The notes under the pieces were generated by a model that ran no database searches, was not told the origin of the DNA, and saw nothing but the letters and a program-made list of their open reading frames with translations. 64,000 nt of DNA from Paramoeba atlantica (taxonomy: Eukaryota > Protista > Discosea), in NCBI GenBank assembly GCA_977017575.1, contig CDRNVI010000073.1:62001-126000 (forward strand), read 5' to 3'. Numbering within the stretch: the stretch's first letter is position 1; every line of letters starts with the position of its first letter. The translations under genes and the position numbers were made by a program. Shown piece by piece: positions 32,847 through 44,025 of the stretch.

Positions 32847-35800
32847 ATGAGGAGCATCGAGCGCACTTCTTGCGCAGCAATTCCACATTTGGCGAATCAC
32901 GGATCCTTCTGTAGCATTTGCTCTTCAAATTCTTCTTTCAGCGCCCTTGGTTTTCAAAGGGCGTCTCTGTCATCCGTTGCGTCGGCAACATGGCAGGAAT
33001 CACTATTATTTTATCAAAATCAACTCCAATGTCCAGTACCCCAATTTCGTACACGTGTCCATGCAGCCGACAGCACACTTCATTCTCTTCATCGGCTATC
33101 CTTAACAAATGCACATCCTAAAATTGGTTCAATGGCTTGTTTTATTCTTCGAACGTTGCATGCCCGAGCTCCTAAGCACGGCAATCGGATCCCGCAAAAA
33201 ACTATTTTTGATGCTCTCCGCCTGTTAATCTCTCAAGGCGTTTGTGACCTTGATAAAGAAATATCCTGTTTCAGTGATATCAGGGAAAGTGGATTTTCCG
33301 ATGCTCCCTCTAAATGGAAGCTTGCAACATTATTTCTTACTACGTATGGCTCTTCTGGCTCGCTTCTTTCAACGGTCAAGTCTTTGTACTGCTATGAACT
33401 TCAATCGTACTACTGGTTGTCACGTGTGGGCAAACTCTCCGTACAAGATGATGTGCTCCCGAGTGTTTTGGATATCCTATCAGAAGGAAACAAAATACAT
33501 TATCCAACAACTTCAATGCATGATGAATTCCTAAAGATGATGAGGATGTTTCTTGACCATGTTTCCTCCAGGAAGTCAAATTTGAATGACGTCAATGCTC
33601 TTGCTGCACCTGGAACCTCTCTCACTCTTTTATGCTTCTTCTTGCATTCAGCTTTGGCGTGTCTCTCTTTTTCAAAGCCGAGTGATTCCCAGGAGGGGTT
33701 ACCTCTTTTGTCAGACACTAATTGTTTGCGAGCTAACAAAAGCCTTGCCGATTCTCGAACAGAAGATGTCTCTGAACATATTTCAAAGAATGTGTTACAA
33801 GTGCTTCAATCTTTAAATGTTATCATTCAAACAGAATCTCCTTTGAAAGGTCAACAGAAAGCTTACGGGGCCCATTATACCGTCTTGGACAACCTTTTAC
33901 AAACACCATCTCGCGATTTTACGAAAACAAGTCTATGCGATAAGCGTGGTAAAACAATACTTTTCTTGAACGCCTTACTGCACTTTTTTCTATGCTGGGT
34001 CCCACAAAACACAGCGCTTGAAACTTTGCACACATTTTTCTTGCGTCAAGATCCACCTTCACAAACTTGCGCTTCAAGCAGTGCAGCACATGGATCACTT
34101 AAAGATCCAAACAAAGACTCCGTTGTGTTTCCTTTGTACTCAAAGTGCACATACACTTCTCAATTGTTAGAGTTCTACGCATCGCATCAAAAATTTGAGC
34201 TTCACGAACAACTAATTGCACGAATTATTCCTTTTCCGACGCAACAAGAAATTCAAACTGTTCTTTCGAAAAATATACTTTCGATCATTTCCTCAGATGC
34301 GCATTCTCCTGCTTCTTTTCTTCCCTCCTCTGCATGGGATTTACAACAGAGAAATGGCGCACTTGACTCAAATGCTTCGGAAAGTTATCGTTCCTTTCGG
34401 TTGGCTCTTTCCAGTGCTTCTCTGTCTGAAATGACACAAAACCTTACCGTTCGGAAAGCTTCACGTCGTGAACGCTACCGGTCGCTTTGCAAAGTATACC
34501 GAAAAACCTTACGTATTGGATCAAAAGGCAAAAAAGTGATTTCTTCCTGTTCTCCCCCTCCTGTTCTTTCTTCTGTCAAAAATCTGATCTCCCTTTTATC
34601 TCCACGAATCCCTTTTTCATCTTTTTCCAAACACAGTGAAGCATTTTTCGCTCTGCTTCGTTTCTCCCACACCCACAAAATGTCTTCTACGCAAACAAAA
34701 ACGCTTCTTCATCTTTTACGCCGGCGTCTTCCCGAGGGGACGCCTGTTTTAAAGACACTCGGAGACGCTTCGTCTGTTTTTACCCATTCATTCGTTTCTG
34801 AATCTTTTTTACCTCATTATTCGCACCATCAAAATCAAATTCTTCTGCAAACTTTAGCCAACGAAGGAAAGTGGGATTCTCTCCTGCAGCTATGGCCGCA
34901 TCTTTCCACAACCCATCCGGAAAACCGACACAAACTTTTGTACTGTTTTCGAAATGCCATCGTGTCGACCACACAAACTATAAATCGAGTAAAATTATGG
35001 CAACAAGCGCTGCAATTTGTGTCCTCTCAGGATTTTGCGGATCAAAACGTGGCGAGTGAGGTTTTGTTGTTGTTGAGTTTATCTCCCGGAAAGGCTTCGT
35101 GGTCAAATGTTCTCTATGGATATGCGAGGGGGCAAGCAAGTGGGAAACAGACCAATACAGAGGCTACCTTGGAGTCCTCCTTAAATGCCTCACATGTACT
35201 GCACGCACTTTGTAGTGTGGTGGAAAAATACTCGTACGGAAAGGAGACAAGGGAGGGAAAGTTTTCGTCGGTGAAACAAGCACAAAAATATGACCTTCAA
35301 AAAAATACAAATGCGGATTTATGGTCTCTCGCGTTGCAATGTTACCAGACGAGTTCTTTTCACAAATTCTTCACAGCGAATCACGTACTTCGTGTTTTGG
35401 TTCACAGCTCGCCCCGTTCTTGTTGGAAAACAGCTTTGTCTCTTTTATGCCAGGAGCCTCGAGTTTTCAGCCATCACCTTCACCGATCTTTATGGTGTCG
35501 TATTTGGGCGAGTCTTCCCTCTTCTGCATTTTTACGAAACGACAAGGCAAAAAACACAACTTCTGGAGTTGTGTGGGACATTTTGGAAAAACTTCCCTCC
35601 ACCACTTTTCCGGATCTTTTTTGGTCACTTGCGCTGACTACGCTTCGTAGATGTGATCTTATGAGGTCTGAAAATACTGAATTAAAGCGTTTTGCTTCGG
35701 ATTCAATCATGCAAGGTGATGCCTTGATCAAAACAAATCCTGGTTTACAGCAAGCGTGTCTGAGTTCGACGTATTTTACGGAGATCATGGAACATCTATC

Positions 35801-37355
35801 TCGGCGTTCGATTTTACCGAATAAATCTTTGCGTGAGTTATTTCGACGTTATCATCGAAGATCTCAGGTCCATTCGTCTCTCATTACACACAAAGGGGGT
35901 AGTGGCAAGAATGCCTTTCAAACCGATGATGCTGCTTGGCTCAACGTGCCGCTTATTACAGAGAGAGAAAACAAATCTCTCAGTACTTCCGATATTTCGT
36001 CTGATATTCCGTTGAATTCGTCAACTTCTAGCACACGTAGCCGTCGCGAAGTTCTTTCTGAACTTCGCTCTCCTATTTTGCTTTTTTCTGACCAATGCTG
36101 GGCAGTTGGTTGGTGCCCTCCCGAGTGCAACACCATAGAAAATATTTTACAAAACCTTCAAAAGTTAAACTCGAGGCCTTTTAGTCCATCCAATGCTTTG
36201 AAAACCGGGAAAAGTGAAATGGAGGAAATCTCTGGTGAAACAGATAGTGAATCGAAGTTGGAATTATCGCATTCACATCGGTGGGTGAGTTCGTCTGATT
36301 TATACTGCGAGGCCTCATCGCAATCTGCTCCTTGTTACGTTTTCTTTCGGCGAGTGAATCCTTTGCGAAGTGCATCAGGGCCTATAAGGCCGGAGGCAGA
36401 TTCCTCTACTCCTATAAAAGGTTTCAGTAATAACACAAACCAAAAATGTCTGCCAATTCGTACGAAAACAAAAAATACGCTTCGTTCCAAATTAATTGAT
36501 GCATCCAACGTGTCTGCATCGGATTTTCCTACGGGAATTTGTACGTGGCGTTATTTTGCCTTGGCAACTCTTTCTTCTCTGTCCTTTGACGTGACAAATG
36601 TGTCTACGACATCGGAAGCTCTTTGGAAGTCGTCTCCCTTTCTTTCCGCCCTTACTTCTGAAACAAACAATTCTGAAGATGCTCTTTACTGGGATGTGGA
36701 TCTTAACAATCAGACGATTTATCAAGGCAAATTACCGCAATCCAACGCATGGCTTGATGCAAAACATCGTACTTTTTCTAAATGGGTGCCTTTTCCTCAA
36801 TTTCTAGACTTTGTAGCTTCCATAACTTCCTATCCTCCATCTTCCCGATACGCTCGTGTTTCCCTCTTAAAACAAATGCCTACCGTTTCGAATCCTCACA
36901 TCTCTCCACGTTTCTTATCAAAATTCGGCACAGATTCTCCTTTTTCGATTTCTCCAGAAAACAAATCCAACAGCGTAAAAACAAATCCTGCTTCTTCTCC
37001 CCGTATAGTTTCGAATTCTGTATTTGCGATACAAATTACTACACGACACGACACGCAACATTATCCGGTAGAAAGTACCGTTCTGCACGAACACACGCTG
37101 CGACATTCTGTTCTGAAACCTCTAGGGCTGAAACTATTTGGAGAGCAACCTGAAATTGGACAGGACGACTTATTCTTGCTATCTGGAAAACCCTCGGATA
37201 GACAAAAAGAAATGGGAAAAAAGACTTTGTTGGCTATTCCTAAAGAAGGGGTGTCGTGGTGTCCACTGGAAATACGACTGGGTCCTTATTTTGTCGAGTC
37301 AACACCTCCACGAGATATTTATGAATGGTATCGTTCGCAAAATATGGGAGGATAG
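32847..37355 (+). CDS. Large helical-repeat protein of unknown function (PPR-like WxxAL motifs)
   Basis: Open frame of about 1500 aa (first ATG 32847; track starts at TTG 32763); recurring LWQQALQF, LWSLALQC, CWKTALSL, FWSLALTT motifs. Confidence 0.7.
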   Translation: MRSIERTSCAAIPHLANHGSFCSICSSNSSFSALGFQRASLSSVASATWQESLLFYQNQLQCPVPQFRTRVHAADSTLHSLHRLSLTNAHPKIGSMACFILRTLHARAPKHGNRIPQKTIFDALRLLISQGVCDLDKEISCFSDIRESGFSDAPSKWKLATLFLTTYGSSGSLLSTVKSLYCYELQSYYWLSRVGKLSVQDDVLPSVLDILSEGNKIHYPTTSMHDEFLKMMRMFLDHVSSRKSNLNDVNALAAPGTSLTLLCFFLHSALACLSFSKPSDSQEGLPLLSDTNCLRANKSLADSRTEDVSEHISKNVLQVLQSLNVIIQTESPLKGQQKAYGAHYTVLDNLLQTPSRDFTKTSLCDKRGKTILFLNALLHFFLCWVPQNTALETLHTFFLRQDPPSQTCASSSAAHGSLKDPNKDSVVFPLYSKCTYTSQLLEFYASHQKFELHEQLIARIIPFPTQQEIQTVLSKNILSIISSDAHSPASFLPSSAWDLQQRNGALDSNASESYRSFRLALSSASLSEMTQNLTVRKASRRERYRSLCKVYRKTLRIGSKGKKVISSCSPPPVLSSVKNLISLLSPRIPFSSFSKHSEAFFALLRFSHTHKMSSTQTKTLLHLLRRRLPEGTPVLKTLGDASSVFTHSFVSESFLPHYSHHQNQILLQTLANEGKWDSLLQLWPHLSTTHPENRHKLLYCFRNAIVSTTQTINRVKLWQQALQFVSSQDFADQNVASEVLLLLSLSPGKASWSNVLYGYARGQASGKQTNTEATLESSLNASHVLHALCSVVEKYSYGKETREGKFSSVKQAQKYDLQKNTNADLWSLALQCYQTSSFHKFFTANHVLRVLVHSSPRSCWKTALSLLCQEPRVFSHHLHRSLWCRIWASLPSSAFLRNDKAKNTTSGVVWDILEKLPSTTFPDLFWSLALTTLRRCDLMRSENTELKRFASDSIMQGDALIKTNPGLQQACLSSTYFTEIMEHLSRRSILPNKSLRELFRRYHRRSQVHSSLITHKGGSGKNAFQTDDAAWLNVPLITERENKSLSTSDISSDIPLNSSTSSTRSRREVLSELRSPILLFSDQCWAVGWCPPECNTIENILQNLQKLNSRPFSPSNALKTGKSEMEEISGETDSESKLELSHSHRWVSSSDLYCEASSQSAPCYVFFRRVNPLRSASGPIRPEADSSTPIKGFSNNTNQKCLPIRTKTKNTLRSKLIDASNVSASDFPTGICTWRYFALATLSSLSFDVTNVSTTSEALWKSSPFLSALTSETNNSEDALYWDVDLNNQTIYQGKLPQSNAWLDAKHRTFSKWVPFPQFLDFVASITSYPPSSRYARVSLLKQMPTVSNPHISPRFLSKFGTDSPFSISPENKSNSVKTNPASSPRIVSNSVFAIQITTRHDTQHYPVESTVLHEHTLRHSVLKPLGLKLFGEQPEIGQDDLFLLSGKPSDRQKEMGKKTLLAIPKEGVSWCPLEIRLGPYFVESTPPRDIYEWYRSQNMGG

Positions 37356-37773
37356 TAAAGAATTTCCTTCGGAGTGACGTTTGGGTAATCCTATTTGTTT
37401 TATACCCGTAGCTTTGGTTTCTTTTATGAAAGTTTTGTTTTTTTTTACTACATTTTCTGTGCAACTTAAGCTGCGCAAATTACTTGTTTTCTTGCTGTCG
37501 CATATTTTTTCCACATCTTTTTGTAGGCAATAGAGTTGCAACACGGTTGTTAATGTTATCCCTATACAGGAATTTCCACTCACCATTACCTTTACTTTTG
37601 TATTTTATGTTCATCAATTTCGTTGTTTCTTTAACTTCCCCTTCTTCTTTTACATGAGCCAAACTTTTTCATTGAGTCAGACATATTATAAAGGGGCTAA
37701 CGCAATTAGCCCGGCCTCTGTCATACTCACTCCCCCCTCTCCCCTTTCCTCTAACTCTCTCTGCACTACAGGG

Positions 37774-38610
37774 ATGAGATCGCGGTACACGCGATCCTCT
37801 TCCTCATACGAGATAAAAATCTCACAGTGTCCGGTGCTTCAAGAGGCACAAACCTCAGAAAGGGAAGAGGAAAATCCTACAGACACATTTCTTCCTCCCC
37901 CCCACGCAATATCCGCGTGCTGCTGTTCCTTATGCAGCTGTGGGGGAAACGGAATTCTGTCTTCCCCGGAATCCTTTTTATATTCCCCCAATGCCCGAAA
38001 TCCCCATCGGGTCGTCGTTCTGGATTTCGAAACGACCGGGCTTTCGAAAAAAGCCCAAATCATACAAATTGGGGCAGTGGAGGTTGTGGGGAGTTTACCC
38101 ACAGGGAATACGTTTTATACCAACGTACTTCCCTGTACGGAGATCGAGAGAGGGGCTACGAGGGTCCACGGATTTCGAAACGCGGACCTTGAGGGGGTAA
38201 ATTCTTTTTCCCGCAGCCCCTCTTTCGACATTGTATTTCTTTTTCTTATGAATTTTATAGCCGGATCCCCGATTGTGGGGCATAATATCCAATACAATAT
38301 AGGTATATTAAGAAAGGAGGCGAAGCGCATTGGTTCAAATCTTCCAATGTGCGAAATTATTTGTACAATGAAAACGTTTCGTCGGTATTATCCGGGGAGA
38401 AAATTGGCACGGCTAGAAGCTGTGGCCAATTTCTTCACTTTAAATACAAATAATAAAAAGCCTGTTTGATTTTCGCAGTCTGAGGTGCACGATGCATTGA
38501 CAGATGCACTTCTTACTGCTAAAATTTATTGTATTTTTCATCGCATGGCATATGTTCACATAGGACACGATATTGAAGAGTCTTGTGTGGTAAAATCAGA
38601 AGACATGTAA
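37774..38610 (+). pseudogene. DnaQ/Pol III epsilon-like DEDDh exonuclease with in-frame TGA at 38467-38469
   Basis: ExoI VVLDFETTGL, ExoII GHNIQYN (Asp replaced by Asn), ExoIII HDALTDA lies in frame after the TGA; ATG 37774 follows a pyrimidine tract and CAG. Confidence 0.78.
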
Positions 38611-38716
38611 CGTTTATGCGATTTCTCCTTTCTATAGAGTCGTTTTTTTGTACAGTAAGCGTAAGCATGTAAATATGTAGATATAGCCTTAAATATTTTT
38701 TTATTTTTCTTTTTTA

Positions 38717-39230
38717 AGCTCTTCGTTAAACGCAGTGGTTGTTTTCAACTTAGAATTCACTCGTGCTGCGCGCTTCACGCTGAAAACTACCATCGCGTTT
38801 AACGAAGAGCCTAAAAAAGAAAAATTGACAAAAGATTATGAATAATCTACTTTTTTGGGGGGAAAAGCTCGATTTTTCAGCAAACATTGCGAAATTTTAC
38901 ACCGAATTTGGGCCGTTTTGGATGCCTTACCAGTAGGGGTAAGAGGCGAATCTGACGAAAACGACGTCGTAGAATGGTAGCTGAGGTCACAAACTCCTAA
39001 AGCACGTTCTAGGAGTCGATTTTGGAAAAATAATATTTTTGCTTTTTTTTGGGTCAAAAAAAAAAAATTGGTCGCCCCAAAACTTTTGACCTTGTCGGAA
39101 TCCTCCTGCGCGTACCAGGGGGGGTACCCCCCCCGGGGGGGGGGGGGGGGGTGAAAAATTATCGCCGCGGCTTACTCTACTACTTACCTGCTCTCGATTT
39201 TGAAAAGCAAAAAATTCGAAATAAAAAATC
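38717..39230. repeat. Palindrome (38717-38811) plus a diverged relative of the repeat-family body
   Basis: Same arms as 17314-17408; GGGGGGTACCCCCCCGGGGG...GTGAAAAAT segment resembles about 11550-11590. Confidence 0.7.
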
Positions 39231-39887
39231 GCGTCGTATACCCCCCCATGGATCTTACAAAAAACTCGATCTTACATATAAATAACTCGATCAGCATGCA
39301 TACTTCTTATTCTACATATAAATGCTTTAATTACTTTCACAAGTTCTCAGTCTTAGATTCGGAGTCAGTGCACTAGCGGAGGCGCATTGTTCCGCGTTTT
39401 AGAAGGCATATTCCCGACTTTTATCTTCCTTGCGAAGGTATCGACTTAGCTGTGAATATGCTACCGCCCCGTTAAGCTCCTGCAGCAATAACTGAAATTC
39501 GGCGTAGACCCGTTTGCGCTGCATTCCACAGGCATCTGCGAGGGCATCCATAAGAGCCTTCGTGTTTGAATGCATTGCACCCCCTGAGAGGACATTGAAA
39601 GCTTTCGGCCATGATCTTCCCGGTCTTGACATACATGTGTAACATACATACTGTATGTGTAATGTTTTCGTCGACAGGCGTCGTGGAATAAATGTGCACA
39701 CTTCGTGTCAAGGTTTGAGGGTGCCAGTTCGTGGATGACTGTTAGATCGTAGTATACGTAGTATACACACTCTTTTTTTCGAATTCATCTTTTATCTTCA
39801 AAACGAATTGATACCAAAACGACTTTCCTTGTATTTTTTTCACAAAAACGGCCACTTTCTCCTTAGTCTTTTTTCTCTTCTTCCTAC

Positions 39888-40751
39888 ATGCTCTGGTCTT
39901 TTTCCTTTTGCGACACCTTACCTCACATCCCCCCCTCGCGTCCCGCCAAAGTGAGTCTTGCGAATCTTCCACACGAGTACGAACTCGCACGTTTGATCCG
40001 AGACGTCCAACCCCACTCTCCATCCTGGACCACAGACACTCGTGCGTGTCAGTGGTACGGGGTGAAATGTGACACCACAGGGGCTGTGCTGGAAATTCGA
40101 TGGATTTATCAAAATCTTGTCGGCCCTCTTCACTTTGTTCACCTCCCACGAACCGTAAAAACGTTTCGAGTGATTGAGAATGCGTTAAACGGTGCTGTTG
40201 AACTGACAGCGTTGCCGCGCAGTCTTCACACATTAGGCCTCTCGTATAACCGTTTTTCCGGGAGTTTAGATTTGACGGCTCTCCCCAACGGTGTGCAGTT
40301 TCTATATCTCAATGAAAACGGGTTTACGGAAAACGTTTGTTTAAGTGATCTACCGGTACAACTGGTACGGTTGTATCTACAGAACAATCAACTCACGGGG
40401 TCAGTAGACCTCACTTCACTCCCCAACAATATGATGTATTTATTGTTACGTCATAATCTGTTCTCGGGAGAGGTCTCTTTGCATTCTCTTCCGCCCGATT
40501 TGTTTGAACTCTCGCTTCACCATAACTATTTTACGGGGGGCTTATCGCTTACCCAGCTATCTCCTCGACTAAACTACATGGACATAAATGATAACGTATT
40601 AGTGGGGCCTGTAGATGTTAGAGACCTTCCAAAGTTTTTACGTTGTCTGGATTTGTCAAACAACATTGGGCTATATGGAGAAGTGAGGCGAAGCGAAATT
40701 CCGGGAACCATGGATCTTTGTGTCAAGAACACAAAGATTGTCATCTTTTAG
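39888..40751 (+). CDS. LRR-family protein
   Basis: RPAKVSLANLPHEYEL, SWTTDTRACQWYGVKC cap, about eight LRRs. Confidence 0.9.
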   Translation: MLWSFSFCDTLPHIPPSRPAKVSLANLPHEYELARLIRDVQPHSPSWTTDTRACQWYGVKCDTTGAVLEIRWIYQNLVGPLHFVHLPRTVKTFRVIENALNGAVELTALPRSLHTLGLSYNRFSGSLDLTALPNGVQFLYLNENGFTENVCLSDLPVQLVRLYLQNNQLTGSVDLTSLPNNMMYLLLRHNLFSGEVSLHSLPPDLFELSLHHNYFTGGLSLTQLSPRLNYMDINDNVLVGPVDVRDLPKFLRCLDLSNNIGLYGEVRRSEIPGTMDLCVKNTKIVIF

Positions 40752-41125
40752 GGGTCGTTTAAAACACTGTTCCTTATTGCTCCTACGCAAAAACAACTAC
40801 ATGTAGCTTTGCACGTGTCAAGATATGCACACAAAGGTTCAAATTACGAATACCGCCCTAAAATACCACCCTTTTGCGTCGACAGAAGCTGTGTCAAATC
40901 TTTGTCAAAAATTTGTTTCTGCAAAAACTACACTAGCATGTGTCGGCCTTAATATGCCTTGAATGAGCGATGATTGATAATGGGCGAACTTAGATCATAT
41001 CTGAGGCTTAACACTTCTTAAAACTACGGTGTTTAATTAAAGATGGTCATTCTTCGGCTCCATTTTTTTTAACTGTTTCTTCTTGCTTTTTTATCTTCTT
41101 TTCTTTAAAGGGAAACGACATCTCT

Positions 41126-41788
41126 ATGGTTATGCGAAAGGAAGGCAAATCGAAACGTCCTTTGTCCTCTCCTGGCCGTAAGATGACACAACCCACTCCT
41201 CGCACTTCTCCAAAAGTCTCCCCAACAAAGACTCAATCTACACACACATTCGAAGATATGAAAGAACCTCTTACGTTAAAACGATTGTCTTCTCTCTATC
41301 ACGCACTGTTGGATGATTCTTCTGTATTGCCGCGAGAGGTTTGTGGGAAAATACGACGCATCGGCTCTCTGGATCATAAATTACGTGCCGCACTACACAC
41401 ATTGCTCATCTATACGGAATCGGATGTAAATGCCAACTTTCCGGACGCCTTTAGTGATTATTCAAACGAAATTGTAGAGGCATCAAAAAGGACAACATCA
41501 CAAAACATTGCTGATAGCTCTCCTTGTGATATCAGGCCTCTTTCAAATGATTTAGATTCTACTAAGAACATCTCTACACAATCGGATACGATAAAATATG
41601 AACACATCAACTTGGGTGACCTTCCATCAAGTATCGAAGGAGGCGTAGTTACCGAACTTGAAGACCAGGTTTTGGAATTCTCGCTCGAAAAAGAAACTTT
41701 AGCAACGGAGGCGTTGGGCTTGTGTCACGCACTTCAACTCAGAATCCTTGATTGCTTAGAAAAATGCAAAGCTATTTCTTCTACATAA
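41126..41788 (+). CDS. Hypothetical protein
   Basis: 220-aa ATG-initiated ORF on the coding strand with a basic N-terminus and helical C-terminus; no family recognised. Confidence 0.55.
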   Translation: MVMRKEGKSKRPLSSPGRKMTQPTPRTSPKVSPTKTQSTHTFEDMKEPLTLKRLSSLYHALLDDSSVLPREVCGKIRRIGSLDHKLRAALHTLLIYTESDVNANFPDAFSDYSNEIVEASKRTTSQNIADSSPCDIRPLSNDLDSTKNISTQSDTIKYEHINLGDLPSSIEGGVVTELEDQVLEFSLEKETLATEALGLCHALQLRILDCLEKCKAISST

Positions 41789-42139
41789 TTAATTTTCTTC
41801 CCTCTGGTACTTTAAAACTATTCCCTTTCCAAATCCCTTATGATACAATCCCAAAACCACAAATTCACTTTTTCCTCAATTTTAAATTTTTTTCTCCCCT
41901 CTTCGTATTTCTCCCCCATGTCTCTCCAACCCCAATCCCCTTACCCCCTCCGAAAACCTTACCATTCATCTTTGAACCGAAACTTGTGACGACTCCCCGA
42001 AGGTACTCCAACCACATGCCAAATCCCGTTTCACCGCACTTTCCTCCTTAGCGCGGTGAAGACAACACGCAGCATGTCTAACGGGAACGCACGCATTCCC
42101 TTCATGTCCTATCGTATAGTTGCACTCGGAGCATGGTCA

Positions 42140-42990
42140 CCCTGTCACAGCTCTTGACGAATTATGTCTCGAATGGAATCTCGTGATCGATGGAGGGTGT
42201 TTACAATGACTCGTCAACATTCCAACCGTGCGATCCAACTTTACACCTTTACCAACTTTACCTGAGAAATCTCCGATACGTTCGATGGGACGTTCGACGG
42301 GACATGCCCTGCGGGTCCCGGTCTCTGTAAAGTGTACAAGATCCAAGTGTACCCTAGATCGACCAAGAACATTTTGTCTTGGTGGTGAGTGAACAGAGGA
42401 GTTCGACGCACACTAGTATCTCTCTTATAAATTTTGGCATCATGCATGCTGCCAACAACTGGTCCGCGAAAAAAGAATAGAACTCCGGCCAGAGTTAGCC
42501 AAACTTCCATCTTGATGCAGTGCTGCTGGTGCTTTCCCGAATAGGTGCTGTCTTGGGTGGTTCCATCAGGTGTTTCTCTCGGTTTCCCGAGAGATCCCGT
42601 GAACGACACGGGATCGTCGTGACGTCCAGCATGCAGGTTACGTCAGATAACCATGATACTCCCTGGGTAAACCGGAGCTCGGGGTTCATAAGCAGGGGTG
42701 AACGGCACACGAGTAAAATCATCCCGGAGAGTCCGAATTGAAATCAACGGGGCGTCCAGTGGGATCCACGCCCTTTGAACATCGTACAACTGTTCCCATG
42801 TGCAATTCAGAGAACAGATGCACAATGATGACTGAACGCGACGGTAATCAGTCTCCGTAACATCGGATCCATGCACACGTCGGAGCTCGTTGTAGAACTC
42901 CCGCACCTGTGCAGCCGAGATGCCAAACGTAGAGAGAGGGAATGAAACAATTGAAAGAAATTTCGATTTAGAAACAAAATGAGTAGGATT
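42140..42990 (-). mobile_element. Frameshifted PIF/Harbinger-superfamily (DDE_Tnp_4-like) transposase remnant
   Basis: CMLDVTTIPCR (IDGTHIP-like), YSGKHQQHCIK, GSMHDAKIY and LVDLGY across shifted minus-strand frames. Confidence 0.65.
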
Positions 42991-43963
42991 GTATTATAAT
43001 TGGGCGGAAATATTTTAGCGTGCACTCGTAATTAGTGGAATGAAATAGCAATTAGTGGAATGAGCTAGTAAATGGGGATAATTGTAATTGCCGAAATCGG
43101 CGCTCCTTTCCTCACAGCATCAAGATAATCAATAGATAAAACTTTTGGGGAGGGGGAGCACTCGATGAATATTCATCGAACGGACAGTGCGTTCGATGAA
43201 TATTCATCGAACAGGACATCCTGTTCGATGAATGGATTGCAGTACGACCCGTTCGATGAATCATTCATCGAACAGGATGTCCTGTTCGATGAATGAAAAC
43301 GCAATTTTTTTTTGTAAAAAAAAAGCTCGTTTCGGTCTGCATCATGCTCCTGGCTGCTACCTTGATCCGTAAGACAAAAACAAATCCGAAACGTTATCAA
43401 AAAGCGGAAGGATTCTTAAAACTATTGCCTCATAAGTTTACAAAGATAAAATCATAACTTACAAATACACAAACCTGCGGAAGTGGCAGACACAGGTCCT
43501 CAGTGCGCGACCCAAAAAATATTGGGTTGGGGGTACGTTCGTTGTACTCAACGAACTGCCGGATTTTCGTTGAGTACTCAACGAACGGAAATTTACGGTG
43601 CAAGTCAAGGACTTTTGCATATGTCAAGGACTTTTGTGGAACACCCAAGAATTTTTTTTGAATTTCATTTTCCGTGCGTTCAGTATCCTACACTTCACTA
43701 TATACGTTGACAACGCCTGCGTAGCGAAAACTACGAAATTCAGTGAGCTTCGCAAATTGCTTCCCACTAACGACGCACAGGGGAATCCTACGCGGGGTAC
43801 GGCTCAGGCCCGCTCACGCGGGCCCTCGCCGTTTCGCGGCCGCGCGCACCCCCGCTCACGCGGGGGCCCCCGCGCGGCCAAAATGGGTACTAAAATTTGT
43901 TATCAAGGTAGCTGGGCTTCGCAAATTGCTTCCCACGAATCTAGAGAGAAGCACACGTACAAT

Positions 43964-44002
43964 AATCTTTAACGATAAAGATATAGTTTCTGTACCTTGT
44001 TG
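43964..44002 (+). other. Full-length 39-nt spliced-leader-like exon AATCTTTAACGATAAAGATATAGTTTCTGTACCTTGTTG
   Basis: 39 nt, starts AA, ends TTG; last 20 nt match the T. brucei SL 3' end (ACAGTTTCTGTACTATATTG) at 16/20; not followed by GT; ATG 23 nt downstream. Confidence 0.72.
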
Positions 44003-44025
44003 ATTATTTACTTTTTTTACCTTTC

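Noticed and set aside
39330-39730. Minus-strand ORF 39399..39701 as a tyrosine-recombinase remnant
   Set aside because: Only a frameshifted LKRG hint; no other catalytic residues recognised.
41911-41927. CTCCCCCATGTCTCTCC shared with the PRA1 start
   Set aside because: Low-complexity match; the frame closes after about 23 codons.
43162-43295. Palindromic 20-mers as a CRISPR array
   Set aside because: Irregular spacing and mirrored at the far end of a TSD-flanked element; these are subterminal repeats.
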